NCBI GenBank assembly: GCA_030264375.1
Contig: JASCQW010000162.1
Location: 44,742,869 to 44,806,868, forward strand
From: Carcharhinus longimanus
Taxonomy: Eukaryota
Reading direction: 5' to 3'
Length of the DNA: 64,000 nt
Of this stretch, positions 27,410-40,300 are shown piece by piece. The position numbers and the translations under genes are program-made. Below the pieces are notes generated by a model. That model saw only the letters and a list, made by a program, of their open reading frames with translations, had not been told where the DNA came from and did no database searches. The stretch's first letter is position 1, and each line of letters opens with the position of its first letter.

Positions 27410-28050
27410 TGGGCAGGGTTTTCCAGCCCATCTTGGTGACAGGATCTTCTCAAAGGTGATCCACCTGAAGGGCTGCCAGCAGGATGGGCAAGGCATGTGA
27501 AGTGCCATAAACATTGGTGGGACTGGAAGATTACCCCAGCAGCCAATGGTGAGCTGCCGCTGCCACTGGAAAATGAGCTGGGTGCAGGAAGATCCCGCCC
27601 ATCTGAATATTTTTCAGTGACAGCATTGTGTCAAATGACACTCCTCCTCCCACTGCAAACAAGAATTCTGATTTTTTTTAGTGTGACAATATTTTTGGGC
27701 AGAATTTTCCCACCCACAGCTCGCAGGCAGGAAAGCAGAGGGAGGCTACCAGAAGCTCTAATGTGGTCCCAATATCACTGCGAAAGGGATTAGCATGCCG
27801 ATCCTCAGGGCCTGCTGCATTGTCCCTCCTGCGAGAAGACGCTCTCTCGTTTTCCTTACAGCCTCAGCAGCGGCCACCTCTTTGTGGCACTGCTGAACCT
27901 GCAGAGCTGATTGGAGGGCTGGCTGTCGGGCCATCGACCAGTTAAGAGGTCGCCTCTGGGGAGGCTGCGGCTCCATTCCCGCTGCATGCCTGTCCAGGCT
28001 CGGAACTGCACATGGGACTTACCCCACCTTCTGAGATAATCCTAGCCACT
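27410..28050. mobile_element. Two adjacent GC-rich MITE-like elements (27410-27602; 27696-28047)
   Basis: Ends tgggcagggttttcc...ggaagatcccgccca and tgggcagaattttcc...gataatcctagcc. Confidence 0.55.
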
Positions 28051-30549
28051 GTAAATGACAAATTCTTCAAATATTTAAATTATTTAACTTTTATGTTGTT
28101 TAATAGAAAACAAATATAGCAGAACATTTTATATGGATAAGTGCACGGATGGAAAAGGATTAGGGGGATATGGGTGAAAAGAAGGCAATTGGGAATAGTT
28201 GGGAGGGCACCATGGTCGGCATGGACTGGTTGGGTCAAAGGGCCTGTTTCCATGCTGTATTGCTCCACGACTCTATAACTATAGCAGAAAATGAGCAGTG
28301 TCCTTCAATGGAGCAGCATCAGCCCAGCTTGCTCTGCTACCATCCAAATAAATAAATACAACTCATTGCAGCACTTTCTCCCCTTCCAAAACCAGCCTGA
28401 GATACTTTTGTATATTCAAATGTGAATGATTTTATTGCTTCCCTAGAATAGAATTCAAATTACAAGAGCCAATTTAATCAAGTTAAATTTGAATTATATT
28501 TGAGAGAAAACAATAAATAGANNNNNNNNNNNNNNNNNNNNNNNNNNNNNNNNNNNNNNNNNNNNNNNNNNNNNNNNNNNNNNNNNNNNNNNNNNNNNNN
28601 NNNNNNNNNNNNNNNNNNNNNGCTCTCATATCAAACTCAACCAAACTGTACTTGTTTACTAACAAGTAATTCTCTAAAGATGAAACATGCTTCTTAGAAA
28701 GGGCTCTAGTAACCATTACAGATCAAATACAGTGTTGTTCTTAATCTACAGTGCATCATAGCATGAGATAAAGTAGCATTGCTTTCTCCACACAAAAACA
28801 GCACATGTATTGATCCTTTCAAGATTGCACGTTGAAGTATAATTGATAAGATCTAGTTAAGCTGTGGCTAACTACTGTGTATTATTCTTATCATAAGCCA
28901 GCTTCAGCAGAGTATCTGATAAGGGCAGGCTGGAATTGTGTTTGCAGTACTGTGTCCTTTATATGTGGATATTTGTCTGCTTGTCACTGTTTATTCCAGT
29001 CGCTTGAAGGGGAAACGGGCAACTTAAATTGTGGCACACCGATGCTTTACAGAATAGAGAATATGGAGGGCTAATTTTAACTCTGACGGAACCAGATTTG
29101 CAATTGTTTATACGCACTAGACTCCCCAGAGTGCACTGCCCCATTTGTACAGACAGTGGGGAATACATTTGCATCCAACTGATGCACTTTGAAATTGTCT
29201 GCAGTGAAGTGGTGCATTTACACGCAGCAAGCTCAAACCATAGCAATAACGAGTAGTTTTTTTTAAAGTTGATGTGTTCATTTGATAGTAGCAATTCAAA
29301 ATTATTCATGTAATTAACACTAAAAAGCAAAACAATGCAATGGAGCCAATTTTAGAAACTGCAAAGTTCTACAATCATTAAAAGCTGCAGGGTTTTTTTA
29401 TAAATCACACACCTGCCAGTAAAGATCAAAAACATTCTGCTAAAATAATTCTTGTGTGCTGTCTTCAGGAAATGTTATATCACACTGGTATCAATGGGAC
29501 TTTTGAATCTTGGATGCAGTGTAAATGGTTGAATATTACATGCAAAGCTGCTGGAGTTTCTTAAAGAAGGCTGCTAACATCTTTGGTGGGGCTTTCATGC
29601 CACTGTTCTGAGCAAACCTCAGAGGAGTTTCACTATTTACCTTGCAATGGCTGTATGGAAACTGTGCTTGGGGGAACACTCAAGTCTCATGAAATATAAA
29701 AGTGCCCCTTTATTTATCACTGCAAATAGCTGTGCCACTACCACACACAGCACTGAAAGACATGTAACCACCAACACTTCTGTTTAGTATTATACAGCTG
29801 TTAACTTTATACTTCAAAACACAGACTACACTTGGAAGGACAAAATCCGTAAGTTTATTGCCAGGTGTTTGCCCCCCAATATAAATGAACATGTTATTAA
29901 AATTTTACACACTGACTCTTATAGTTTACTAAAATGTTCATGTCAACTCTTATTTGTGTGCTTCAAGATGGACTATGTGAGAATTTTATGTGTTGAAGGA
30001 GGTTAAGACTTCTACTGTTCTGGTAATCATATTTCAACACAAAAATTACTCATTCTGGATGATCAAACAGGGGAGAAACCATTCAGCACATGCAAACGTT
30101 CACAATGAAGTAAGTTACCTTTATGAATGAGCTCAAAGCTGCGGCCTGGATCAATAGGGAAAGTATCCAAAACGGAATTCCATCCCGGAGTCAATGTGGG
30201 TACAGGACCTATGTTCCATTGTCCAAGTTACTTTGCTGAGAAGGCTAACTAAGTCCGTATCACAAGGGGAAATATTCAGCTCACAAAAACCCATAACATG
30301 CTGAATTCTTACAATTGAACCCTGCGCTGTTTTCAAAAACCATAACGTTAAATTAAGGTGTCACAGCAACAATGTCGTGGTCACTACAAATATACCCTCT
30401 TTTTTTTCGTAGTTCACGGGTCCTTTTGGACAGCTGTGCGCATAACTTAAATGCGGCCTGCACAAGAACTTTCAGGTTTCCGTGTAACTTAGAGGCAGCA
30501 TTGGTCACTATCTAAGCAAACTCTGCGGACATAACATTTGCTTTCAGCT

Positions 30550-31385
30550 ATATGCAACATGTATATAGTACCTATATCACACCTTTAACAACATAAAATA
30601 TGCCAAAGTACTTCACAGATGTAATTCTCAAACAACTATTGACAGTGAAAGGAGGCAATGACCTAGTGATATTACTATTAATATTATGACTATTAATCTA
30701 GAAACTGAGCTAATGTTCTGGGGCTCCAGATTTGAATCCTGCCACAGCAGCTGGTGGAATTTGAATTCAATAAAAAAAATCTGGAATTAATAATCTACTG
30801 ATGATCATGAAACCATTTTCGATTGATTGAAAAACCCAACTGGTTCACTAATGTCTTTTAGGGAAGGGAAATCTGCCGTCCTTACGTGGTCTGGCTTACA
30901 TGTGATTTCAGGTCCACTGGTTGACTCTCAAATACCCTCTGAAATGACCTAGCCAGCCACTCAGTGTTATCAATTGTTCAAGAAGGCAGCTCACCACCAA
31001 CTAGGGATGGGCAATAAATGCTGGCCAGCCAGCGATGCCAATGTCCCATGAGCTAATAAAAAGTTAAGAAACTGAGCTAGAGAGGGAGATATTAAGATAG
31101 GTGACCAAATGCTTGGTCATAGGGCGGATTTTGAGAAGCACTGTAAAGGAAAAGAGAAGACTGGGGAGGGAATTCTAGAGTTTACGGTCTAGACAGCTGA
31201 ATCAACGTTGGGAGAAAGCTGTGGGGGATGCACAAGAGGCGAAAATTGGAGGAATGCAGAGTTCTGAGAGTTGTAAGGCTGAAGAAGATTGCAAAGACAG
31301 GAGGAGTGAGGCCAAGGAGGGATTTGAGTATTTAAAAATCAAGAGATTGATGGACTAGATGCCCATAAAGGTCAGCAAGCACATT
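30550..31385 (-). mobile_element. L2 3' fragment interrupted by a plus-strand tRNA SINE (30650-31062) with CR1-like tail
   Basis: L2 end tatatcacacctttaacaacataaaa. SINE head ggaggcaatgacctagtg...tttgaatcctgcc and tail ctagggatgggcaataaatgctgg. Confidence 0.7.
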
Positions 31386-33647
31386 GTCTAAGTTACTTTG
31401 CTGAGTAGGCTAACTTAACCTGCATCACTAAGTAAAGTATTCAGTTGACAAAAAGCTTGCAAGGGAGGTAGTTTTGTGGAATTAACATATGCAACAATAG
31501 AATGAAGTTTAGCTGCTGCCAACTAAATAGGATATACCTCAGTCAACTTAACTGAGCAGTTTCATACAACAATATGTTACAAATGTATGGCCAATCAAAA
31601 ATCTCAGCAAAATAAAAGTTGAAAGATATATATGTTATATATATAAAGATTAGCTAGTCATTACAAAAATAATTTCATGCTTAAACATCTGTCAAATCTA
31701 GACAGATTTATAAACTCAAGTTCAGCCTCAATCTGAAATGCAAGAATTTAATATTTATCTATTACCAGAATTATGATGGTGTAAAATATTAATATGCCAA
31801 GCTCTTTGTTTAGGAATGATCTTGTTTAATTATTTCTACAAAAGATGGGTGGAGTAAATATTTAATGCAATGCCTATCAAGTGTTGGCTTGATACTGACC
31901 ACCAATTGTTTTTTACACTGTTCTCAATTTCTCCACCTTGCTCTGTTGAGGCAATTAGGTTCTTTGAAGTAGTTTTTGACTAATCTGCTCCAGTCATTTT
32001 TTGGGATTAGCCTCGCTGCCAAAGCATTTCCATGTCTGCATTACCATCGACAGCCTTTTTTGCACATTGGCACAGCTGTCAAGAGCTTCCTGGTGCTTCT
32101 CAGGCTTCCCCCCCTCTGCATCTAGCGCAAAAANNNNNNNNNNTGCTTAGCCACTGCATTAATCACTTTCCCATCCTGGCACGCTTCAAAATGGGACATT
32201 TTTCAAAGCTGGGATGTCTTTTTCAACAAGAATGCACTTATTTTCAAACAAACACATTCAACTGTCAAGTTCATTGGCTGGAGACTTTTGGACAAACTAT
32301 TTATTTACAAATTTTTTATTTACAAATCATTACTTTTTGAATTATTATGCATGCAAGCAAAAAGGTGAAACTTTTGTCTTATGACAAGTTTCGATTTCAA
32401 CAGAAAAGCCTAGTGAGGCTTTTAAGTATAGAACTAGTTGTTTCAAATGGGAGTCTGTTAGAAATACATCACTTACAATTAAGAGCTATTCAACGCAACA
32501 TTAATTATAATTACATTTTGTATATTTAAGAAAGTCTGAGATTGAGATGGAAATCAATTAAATTAGGCACAATTAGCACCTTAATTACAGTAATTTGTTC
32601 ATCAAAATTAGTAGGAATAGCACCATCATTAACCCACAATAGAGCAAAAGAGGGTCCATGTTAATTTTATAATTTGAACCCAACGTAATGACCACTCAGT
32701 TGTGGAACAAAATCCTGATTTATAGTCATACTTTTAAGATGTATCAAATGAAGATTGTTCAGTCATCACAAAAATCAATTAATGCCAAACATTAGGTTGG
32801 ATAGACATTCAAGTCTTGAATATCAGCTCAATACTGAATATTTGCCTATTTCCAAAATCATCACCGCTGGGGAAAAATGAGTTTTCTGTTAACCTCTGAC
32901 CCCTGTAGTTGAAAGAAACAAAGAGTCGTTCTGGAGCCATGTCAGAACACAGTCAAATGGCAAACGGCAGGGGATCAGACTGTCAAAACAACACTTGGCA
33001 CTCAATACTGGACAGTCTCTGATGCTCCTGCTATTCAGAGAGACAAACCATGAAAAATGATCTGGAAAAACCCAGGCTAAAACAACATTAGCAGCACTTA
33101 TTTGTGTTGCTGAAGTCACTTTCACTTTCAAACTTTATGCTGGACATTAATAGTTACAAAACAGGCTGCAAGGAACAGTTTGCAGCAAGGATAATTATGT
33201 TTTTCCCCACATGGTGTAGGTTGACATACCTGATTTTCCACTGCCCATAAATTAAAGCAACTGTTAACAAGAATGTTTTATAATCCACATGGAGCACGGT
33301 TGTTAGTTATTGCATTTAACTTGGAACCAATTGGATTATCTGCCTTATTAGAGTAAGTATTAGTGCTACCCTTCGTCTGCCAGATATGTTGCAGCAAAAT
33401 AAAATTAAGAGTTAATTTATAAGATTATCATGTTTTGCTTACTTCATTTTGGTTCGCATTCTTAACACAGTTAATAGCAACAAACATACAAAATATTCAA
33501 TGGGCATGGAGTTAACCTAAGATCTACCGGAAAATAATTCACAGGTAAAACTTGCCACGTTAATATATAACACTACAGAGGAAGTTCAGTGTGTCTGTCA
33601 CACACAGGCAAACAAGTAAACCAAGTGTGCATTCTGGAATGAAAATC

Positions 33648-34580
33648 AAGGGTGTGATTTTAACACCTTGCCGCGCCCGACGAACAGTGCGGTGAGCCAG
33701 AAAAACTAGTGTGCAATGCTAAAAATCCAATTAGTGCCCAGCACCAAGCAGTTTGCTATTTTCCTGGCCCCTCTCCAATGGCACGAACTCTTTCATGCCC
33801 AGAAAGGGGGTGAGGCTGATTAGCATATTTAAAATAGCATTTTACTATGCATGGCTTATTCAAAACCCAGTGCAGGGAATCTTCTGGCCTTGGGCTCAGT
33901 GCCATCATGGCAAGAACTGGTACAGCTCTCCACAAACACAAACATGGTCAGCTGGTCAAGCTGGTGGGGGAGGGGGCAGAGGGTGGTTGGGAGCATGTCA
34001 GACACTACCCACATGGCACTGCCCACTGGATATTCTAATGGTGTCCAGCATGCATCCTGGCAGTGGCAACTAGGGACCCCTGCAGCACCAGTTGGGCACT
34101 GCCAGTATACCAGCAGCAATACCGGGGGGAGTGGGGTGAGGACATGAGGACCATGATGAGGGGTGCTATGCAAGAGAGGTCATGCAGAGGTGGATCATGG
34201 AGGGGATCATGATGGGGGGAGGGAGGCACTTCAGTATTTTCACAAGGCCACCCATTGTGAGAGCACTGATGCCCAAGTGCAGGCGACCTGTGTCAAGGTG
34301 TACCCCAATGTCTGTGGGAGGCGGGTGTCTCCCACTTCACTGAGAGATTGGGACACCCTTGCGAAACGATGCCCAAGCTCTCTGTGGCCAGGCTCACCAG
34401 TGTGTTTAGGCCTCAGTCCCCTCAGTACCGGTGCCCAACTCACCACCCTCCAAAAAGTGACTTGAGTGTGGAACGATTGCGGTTCGGCATGCACCTGAGA
34501 GACCGGTGCAGATCACTCCATTTTTCTCGCCATTATTAAACTTTATTTTTTGTGGGGGTGGGGAGAAGAATTCTGCCAGA
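33648..34580. mobile_element. GC-rich non-autonomous DNA transposon (probably Harbinger-mobilised)
   Basis: Ends gggtgtgattttaac...aagaattctgcc resemble the MITE TIRs. Abrupt GC shift. No coherent ORF. Confidence 0.5.
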
Positions 34581-35207
34581 AATTTACACAAAGGCATGAC
34601 AGAGAATAGTTATAGCAGGTAGATTTTGGCTGAAATGCGAATGTGAGTGATGAAAGGGTTGCTGGATCAATTTTAACTGCGCACCCTCTCCAGTGGGAAC
34701 GACACATGGGAGGAATTAAAATCCTCTGACTGAATTTACTGAGCTTGCTTCGTTTCCTCTTGACAACATGTATCTCCCTGAACTTTCAAGTCAGCTGTGC
34801 CGCCTGCTACAAGCAGGCAGGAGCCTCATGAGTACTTCTTAAATCTGGATTCTATGATGTATTTGGGACTCCAATGACATTTAAAAACAAAAGACAGAGT
34901 CTCACTTCATCAGCGAGTTAGGAAAACCTGCCACAGTTGGCTGCAGAGTGCATTGGCTGCAGGATTGCAAGAGGCCACATGCTGCAGGCACTCGAATCAG
35001 CTGTAACAGATTGTAATTGAGTATTTCAGCTATGGAGTGTTCGGGCAGTTGATTAATTGTTTATTCTGAGCACGTTACTGACTGAAGAGGTTTCTGAAAA
35101 CTAACCTTCAAGAAGCTGGAACTGATAAAGATAGGGGCTGCTCTATGTGCACTGTACTGGGTGTAGGAAGAGAAAAGGCAGCAGCATCAACAATGCCCAC
35201 AACATGT

Positions 35208-35510
35208 GTCGTGGTGGCACAGTGGTTAGGACTGCTGCCTCACAGTGCCAGGGACCCGGGTTCAATTCCAGCCTTGGGTGAACGCCTGTGCAGAACCTGA
35301 ATATTCTCTCCTTGGTTTCCTCCGGGTGCGCCGATTTCCTCTCACAATCCAAAGACGTGCAGGTTAATTGGATTGGCCATACTAAATTGCCACTTAGTGT
35401 CAGGGGATTAGCAGGGTAAATGCATGGGGTTACAGGGATAAGGCCTGGGTGAGACTGTGCAGGCTCGATGGGCCGAATGGCCTCCTTCTGCACTGTAGAG
35501 ATTCTATGAT
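35208..35510 (+). mobile_element. HE1-like SINE with CR1-type tail
   Basis: ggcacagtggttaggactgctgcctcacagtgccagggacccgggttcaattcc ... gggccgaatggcctccttctgcactgtagagattctatgat. Confidence 0.9.
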
Positions 35511-36659
35511 CCTGTGCAAATGCAGCAGCCATGAGCACATTTTGCAGAAGGGCTCACCCACCCAACAGGGCAGACAGGTCAAGAGTCACTTTTTTCAACC
35601 TGTGTGAAGAGCAGTGTCAAAGCAGGCTGTACTTGTCCATGGTATTTAAACTCTGCAGTCTCTTACAGCAAAACCTGCTGCTTGGTCAACCAAGAGACCA
35701 ATACCAATACCAATAAAATTTACCATTACCCTCAGTTCTTGTGTCTAAGCACAAGGCTATTGGCCATTAAGCTATTGCGCCTAATAGTCCTTCTTTGAGA
35801 CAATTTTTGCTTCTATTACAAAGATTTCATGTTAGGTTGGTTAAATGACCCACCAATGCACTATTCTCAAAGATTAGCCGGTACATTTCCTTTCCAATGA
35901 ATGATAACAGTCACAATGAGGACATAAAAATTCATAGCAGTGGTACACCTCCCCGAAGTGCCACGTGAAACAACACTGCACTAACTAAAGGTGGACCTTT
36001 TGCATTTTCAGACATTGTGCCCAAATACTTTGGCACTTTTTCTCTTGCAAAGAAAAGCAAAGAATTATGTGTGGCTATGTAATAAAAAAGTAGAGATGAA
36101 TGAATGACTTGTGCGTGTAAAAGAGAATGACACAAGATATTAAGAAAATGGGGTTACATTGAGTGGGGAGTGAGTGCCTTGGATGAAAATTAAGGAGGCA
36201 GTGTCAAAAGAAAGTGCAGTTAAGAGTTAATGAACAGTGGGAATAGCAACTAAAGCAGGGACTGTACATTAGAAGAGCTGGTAGACCAGCATGGAAGGAA
36301 AGTCGACAATTAGAGGCGATCTGAACAGTGTAGGAGTGAGGTGAGGGTGAGCAGAGGAAATGCAAGAGATTGCAAAAGGAGGACTGTACTGACCATTCCT
36401 GATCCACAGATTTTAAGAAAAAAATTTTTACTCCATTCTTAAAGTTACAAAGCCAATGCTCAGAATGGACCTGACAGACCTGAATCTGCTCCAAAATCCA
36501 AATGCAAATTCATAGGATCCAATTCATAGTCCCCACAAGAGACAAATAAAATCCAAACTGACCCCATTTTGAGCTTGATCCGACACTTGATCTTAACCAA
36601 AAGGCCAATTCCTTATCTAGTAATACCAATGAATTCAGGTTTTCAGCAGAGTGCTGACT

Positions 36660-37000
36660 CTTCTTCTGCTATCTTAACTTTATGCCGGTATTAGCACCTT
36701 CTTTAGTCTTTATCACTACCATTAACACTTCCTCTGTCTTGTGTCCATGGCATCCTTGCCAAATCTCTCCTAAACTTCCACCTATCCCTGTCTTTATATT
36801 CCACCCCATCTTGAAAGTATAAGATTCATCACATTTCTACCCCCCTTCAACTCTGAAGAAGAGTCTGAAAAAGAGTCAAAGGGGCTCAAAACATTAATTG
36901 TTTTTATCTCTCAACAGGTGCTGCCAGAACTGCAGAGTTTTTGCAGCATTTTCAGTTTTTATTTCAGATTTCCAGCATCCAGAATATTTTGTTTTTAACC
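36660..37000 (+). mobile_element. Penelope-like terminal (pLTR) fragment
   Basis: ctctgaagaagagtc...ctcaaaacattaa...gctgccagaactgcagagtttttgcagcattttc...tcagatttccagcatc. Homologous pieces at ~13095-13165 (+) and ~16335-16465 (-). Confidence 0.65.
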
Positions 37001-37265
37001 CAGGCACTCTATCCAGATCCTTGGCATGATCTCTTGCAACTTCCTCTGCCATCAACAAACAGACAATCCTAGTGATGCTGTTTGGACATTCTCTTGCCAC
37101 TTGGTGGAAAAGGAAATCTCCACCTTGTCCTTGGTACTGTAAATAGCACTGCAGGGAGACATCAGAAAACCTGGGAACAAACCTTCGCCACTCTGTAACT
37201 ATCCTCAAGAAGCAACTCATTAACAAGACTCATGTTGAATGAATGCAACTTCCTGTTAAGAAATG

Positions 37266-37396
37266 GGGCAGCGAAATGGCACAGTGGTTAGCACTGCTGC
37301 CTCACAAAGCCAGGGATTCAGGTTCGATTCCCAGGTTGGGTGACTGTTTATGTGGAGTTTGCACACTCTCCCCATATCTGTGTGGGTTTCCTCCGT
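37266..37396 (+). mobile_element. HE1-like SINE 5' half, truncated by a Penelope-type fragment
   Basis: Head ggcacagtggttagcactgctgcctcac...ggttcgattccc, followed at ~37400 by sequence homologous to 14585-14660. Confidence 0.8.
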
Positions 37397-40300
37397 GTCG
37401 ATAGTAGTCATGATGTGGATATGCTGGTGTTGGACTGGGGTAAACACAGTAAAAAGTCTGGCAACACCAGGTTTCAGTCCAACCGATTTATTTGATAGTA
37501 AACTCACACTTTACTATCAAATANNNNNNNNNNNNNNNNNNNNNNNNNNNNNNNNNNNNNNNNNNNNNNNNNNNNNNNNNNNNNNNNNNNNNNNNNNNNN
37601 NTGTACTTCCCAATGGAATAATACATAGGCTCACAGCTGCTACTGTCCAACCTGGCCTCCAATGAACAGTAAATGAGGGCCTAGTTATTTTAACAGCCTA
37701 GCCTCACGCGCTTTTAGAATCCCAGCTCCCTGTTTGAGCACTCCCTCTCCACACCCCTCAACCCAAGCAAAATCCTGCACCAAGTTAAAATTGGCTCCAA
37801 TGTATCCACATACAGACAGTCTCCAAATTGCATTCATCTTCTATGTCAGCACTTTGGCCACAATTTGCAAAGGAAGTTCCTTTCCTTTGTGGAATCAGAA
37901 AAGAAATGTATTATTTTGCATAATGCGATGTAAGATATTTGCAAATGAGGACGTTGATATATGCAAGAGCACATTGGCTGGCCTGTTGACAATGTTCATT
38001 CATCAGAATAGATGAATGGGGGGTGGGGGTCAGTATGACGATGACATTGAGGAAGATCATATTGATCTTTCAGCATTGATTGACAGTCAAACACAAGTGA
38101 TCTGCATGTGAATCCCAAGTACTGAGTTCAGAAGGATTTTTGTCAACTGCAGCATTTTAAAATTACAGTCAGCCACTGCATTCATTCAATTAGGAAATTT
38201 AACATACATCCTGGATTCTAAATCGTGAATCCATTATTTACTAAAAATAGCTTCAATAAGCAAGATGTTTTTCTCCAAAATTACATTATTATACTCAAAG
38301 TCTGTTTTGTTCAGTTAGCTTACTAAATATTTAATAAGCACAAATAAGTAGCTTTGATTTACACATTAAAATTATTACTCTGTGTGGTTATTCCTTCTCT
38401 GTGCAACATTTTAGAGATTTTGAATTGTTTATCAAATATCTCTAAATGTACCAAACAGTTGGTTTCAAAGAACCAGAAATGTAGCTGCCATACTGTAATG
38501 GTATAACAAGAACAAGTGACACTGCCTTTAGAGAAACAACACCTTGATTTAAAAAAAGTATTTGGCAGGTTCCCTACGTATCAAGTAAATCTCTCCAGCG
38601 AGTACTTGAGTCACAGACTAGAAATGTGCCAGGTTCCAGGCAGACCACGAATGCTGCAAATTATTTTCATCACTGTATCGAGCACAAGTTACAAAGTGAT
38701 TTCACAACAGCTGCAAACATGACTTTGTCGATACAGGCAAAAAGATTTGCTCAACATCTTCCCATAAAGGCAGTTCCCCTTTAAGACTGTTTGAATATTC
38801 GGCTGAAGGCTGCCATTACTGCCTTTGTGTGTAAGTGCCGCTTCTAAAGCCTGTTGATTACATATTCCCTAATTTGGCCATAATTGTACTACACAGTGCA
38901 CCATTCTATCACTCCTCAGAAATAATGCAGCCCAACATTTCTGACTTGCCCCATTTCATATTTGATGATTTTAAGTTGTTTCCTAATGTGTCAGAACAAG
39001 TAATATATATGTACCCCCCAAAACTGGTCTATTTTTCTTCGTGTTATAAAGCCTAACTCTCTCAACAAAAGGCAATTACTGCTTCATCACTAAAATTTGA
39101 ATACATTTTCTCTGGATTGATAAAACCCACACACGAAGCATCATAATTAAGAGACTGCATTTAAATTGAGGATTATTGCAATGGGCCAATAATTAAAGAG
39201 GTTTTAATGGGGACTTTCTGAACTGACTCAACATCCTGTAATCAAGCAAGTGGAATCTGTTCTGTAAACTATATCAAAACGTATTGGGAACCCTTGTGTT
39301 ACAACAGTCGTGAGATTTGGCAAAGCAGTATTTGAATTAGCTAAAGTTGTGAGATTTTGCCAGGCAGCATCTGAATTATTTTCTTTGCTTCTGTTGAACC
39401 AAATGTTTTGATCAGTTTTCAGTAACATTTCATCATTGGTACAATGATATCACTGGACTCTCTTCTACTTGCTGTCTTATTGGGAAGTCTGTCAGACATC
39501 ATTGCCCCTTTCAGATGAACTTGCAGGTGGCACAGACAATACCCGTCTGTCACTTTGAGGCCTCAGATACGTCCCTTCCAATCTTTCAATGCTTTCAAGT
39601 ATTAACACATTCTGTTGAAAGTGACAACTGGAAGAGGAAATGTAATTCTGTCCCATGAGGTCTCAGGCCCCAGCAGATGACCAGCGTCGGTGACTGCAAT
39701 AACAATAAGCACCCACCACTGCTGATTGCCAGGCCTTTGTCACACCATGAGATCTTAATCAATCTAACGCTGACCCCCAATGACAGGAGGAAGATGGATG
39801 AGGAAGTAAGTGACCCTTGACCCCTGCTCCATAATTGTCCCGTCAGGATTCTCTCATGCAAAAACAATAGGGGCAGTTCCTATTCAAAAGCCTCAAACAC
39901 AGTCAGTGTTACTTGAATTAAATGGGGGTGAGGTGCTGGGGGAGAACCCTAGTCCCCTACTGTGACACCTTGTCAGTTCTGTCACAGCAAAGGTGGATTT
40001 TTACATTTACAAAAAAAATCTATTTACTTTCTAAAACAAAATGAACTTCAGATTGAAGATAAAAGATAAGAAAATGACCCTTAACCTTGCAGGAATGTGC
40101 ACCATCATTTCACTACACTTAACCTAGCTGTCTTGTCTTGGCCAAACAACTGCAGCTCCAGTGCAATAAAAGTGGTTACAATTTGAACAAAGTCATTAAA
40201 TATTGAATTATACCCAAAGTCTAATTTCTTCCAATAACTTCCTTACTTTCCTTTTTTTTTAATTTAGTAAGAAGTGGAAGAACAGGCCTAAAAACGTGGA

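Noticed and set aside
33753-34597. Dense cluster of overlapping ORFs
   Set aside because: Lies inside a GC-rich MITE-like element with few stop codons and no recognisable domain.
36204-36494. CSPSPHSYTV resembling the EphA4 exon 4 motif CPPHSYSV
   Set aside because: The flanking residues lack the exon 4 cysteine pattern (ACKxGYYK, CxCxxGFFR). Chance similarity.
39450-39600. Minus-strand LSVPPASSSERG resembling the hAT dimerisation motif
   Set aside because: A single short motif without supporting context. Too weak to call.
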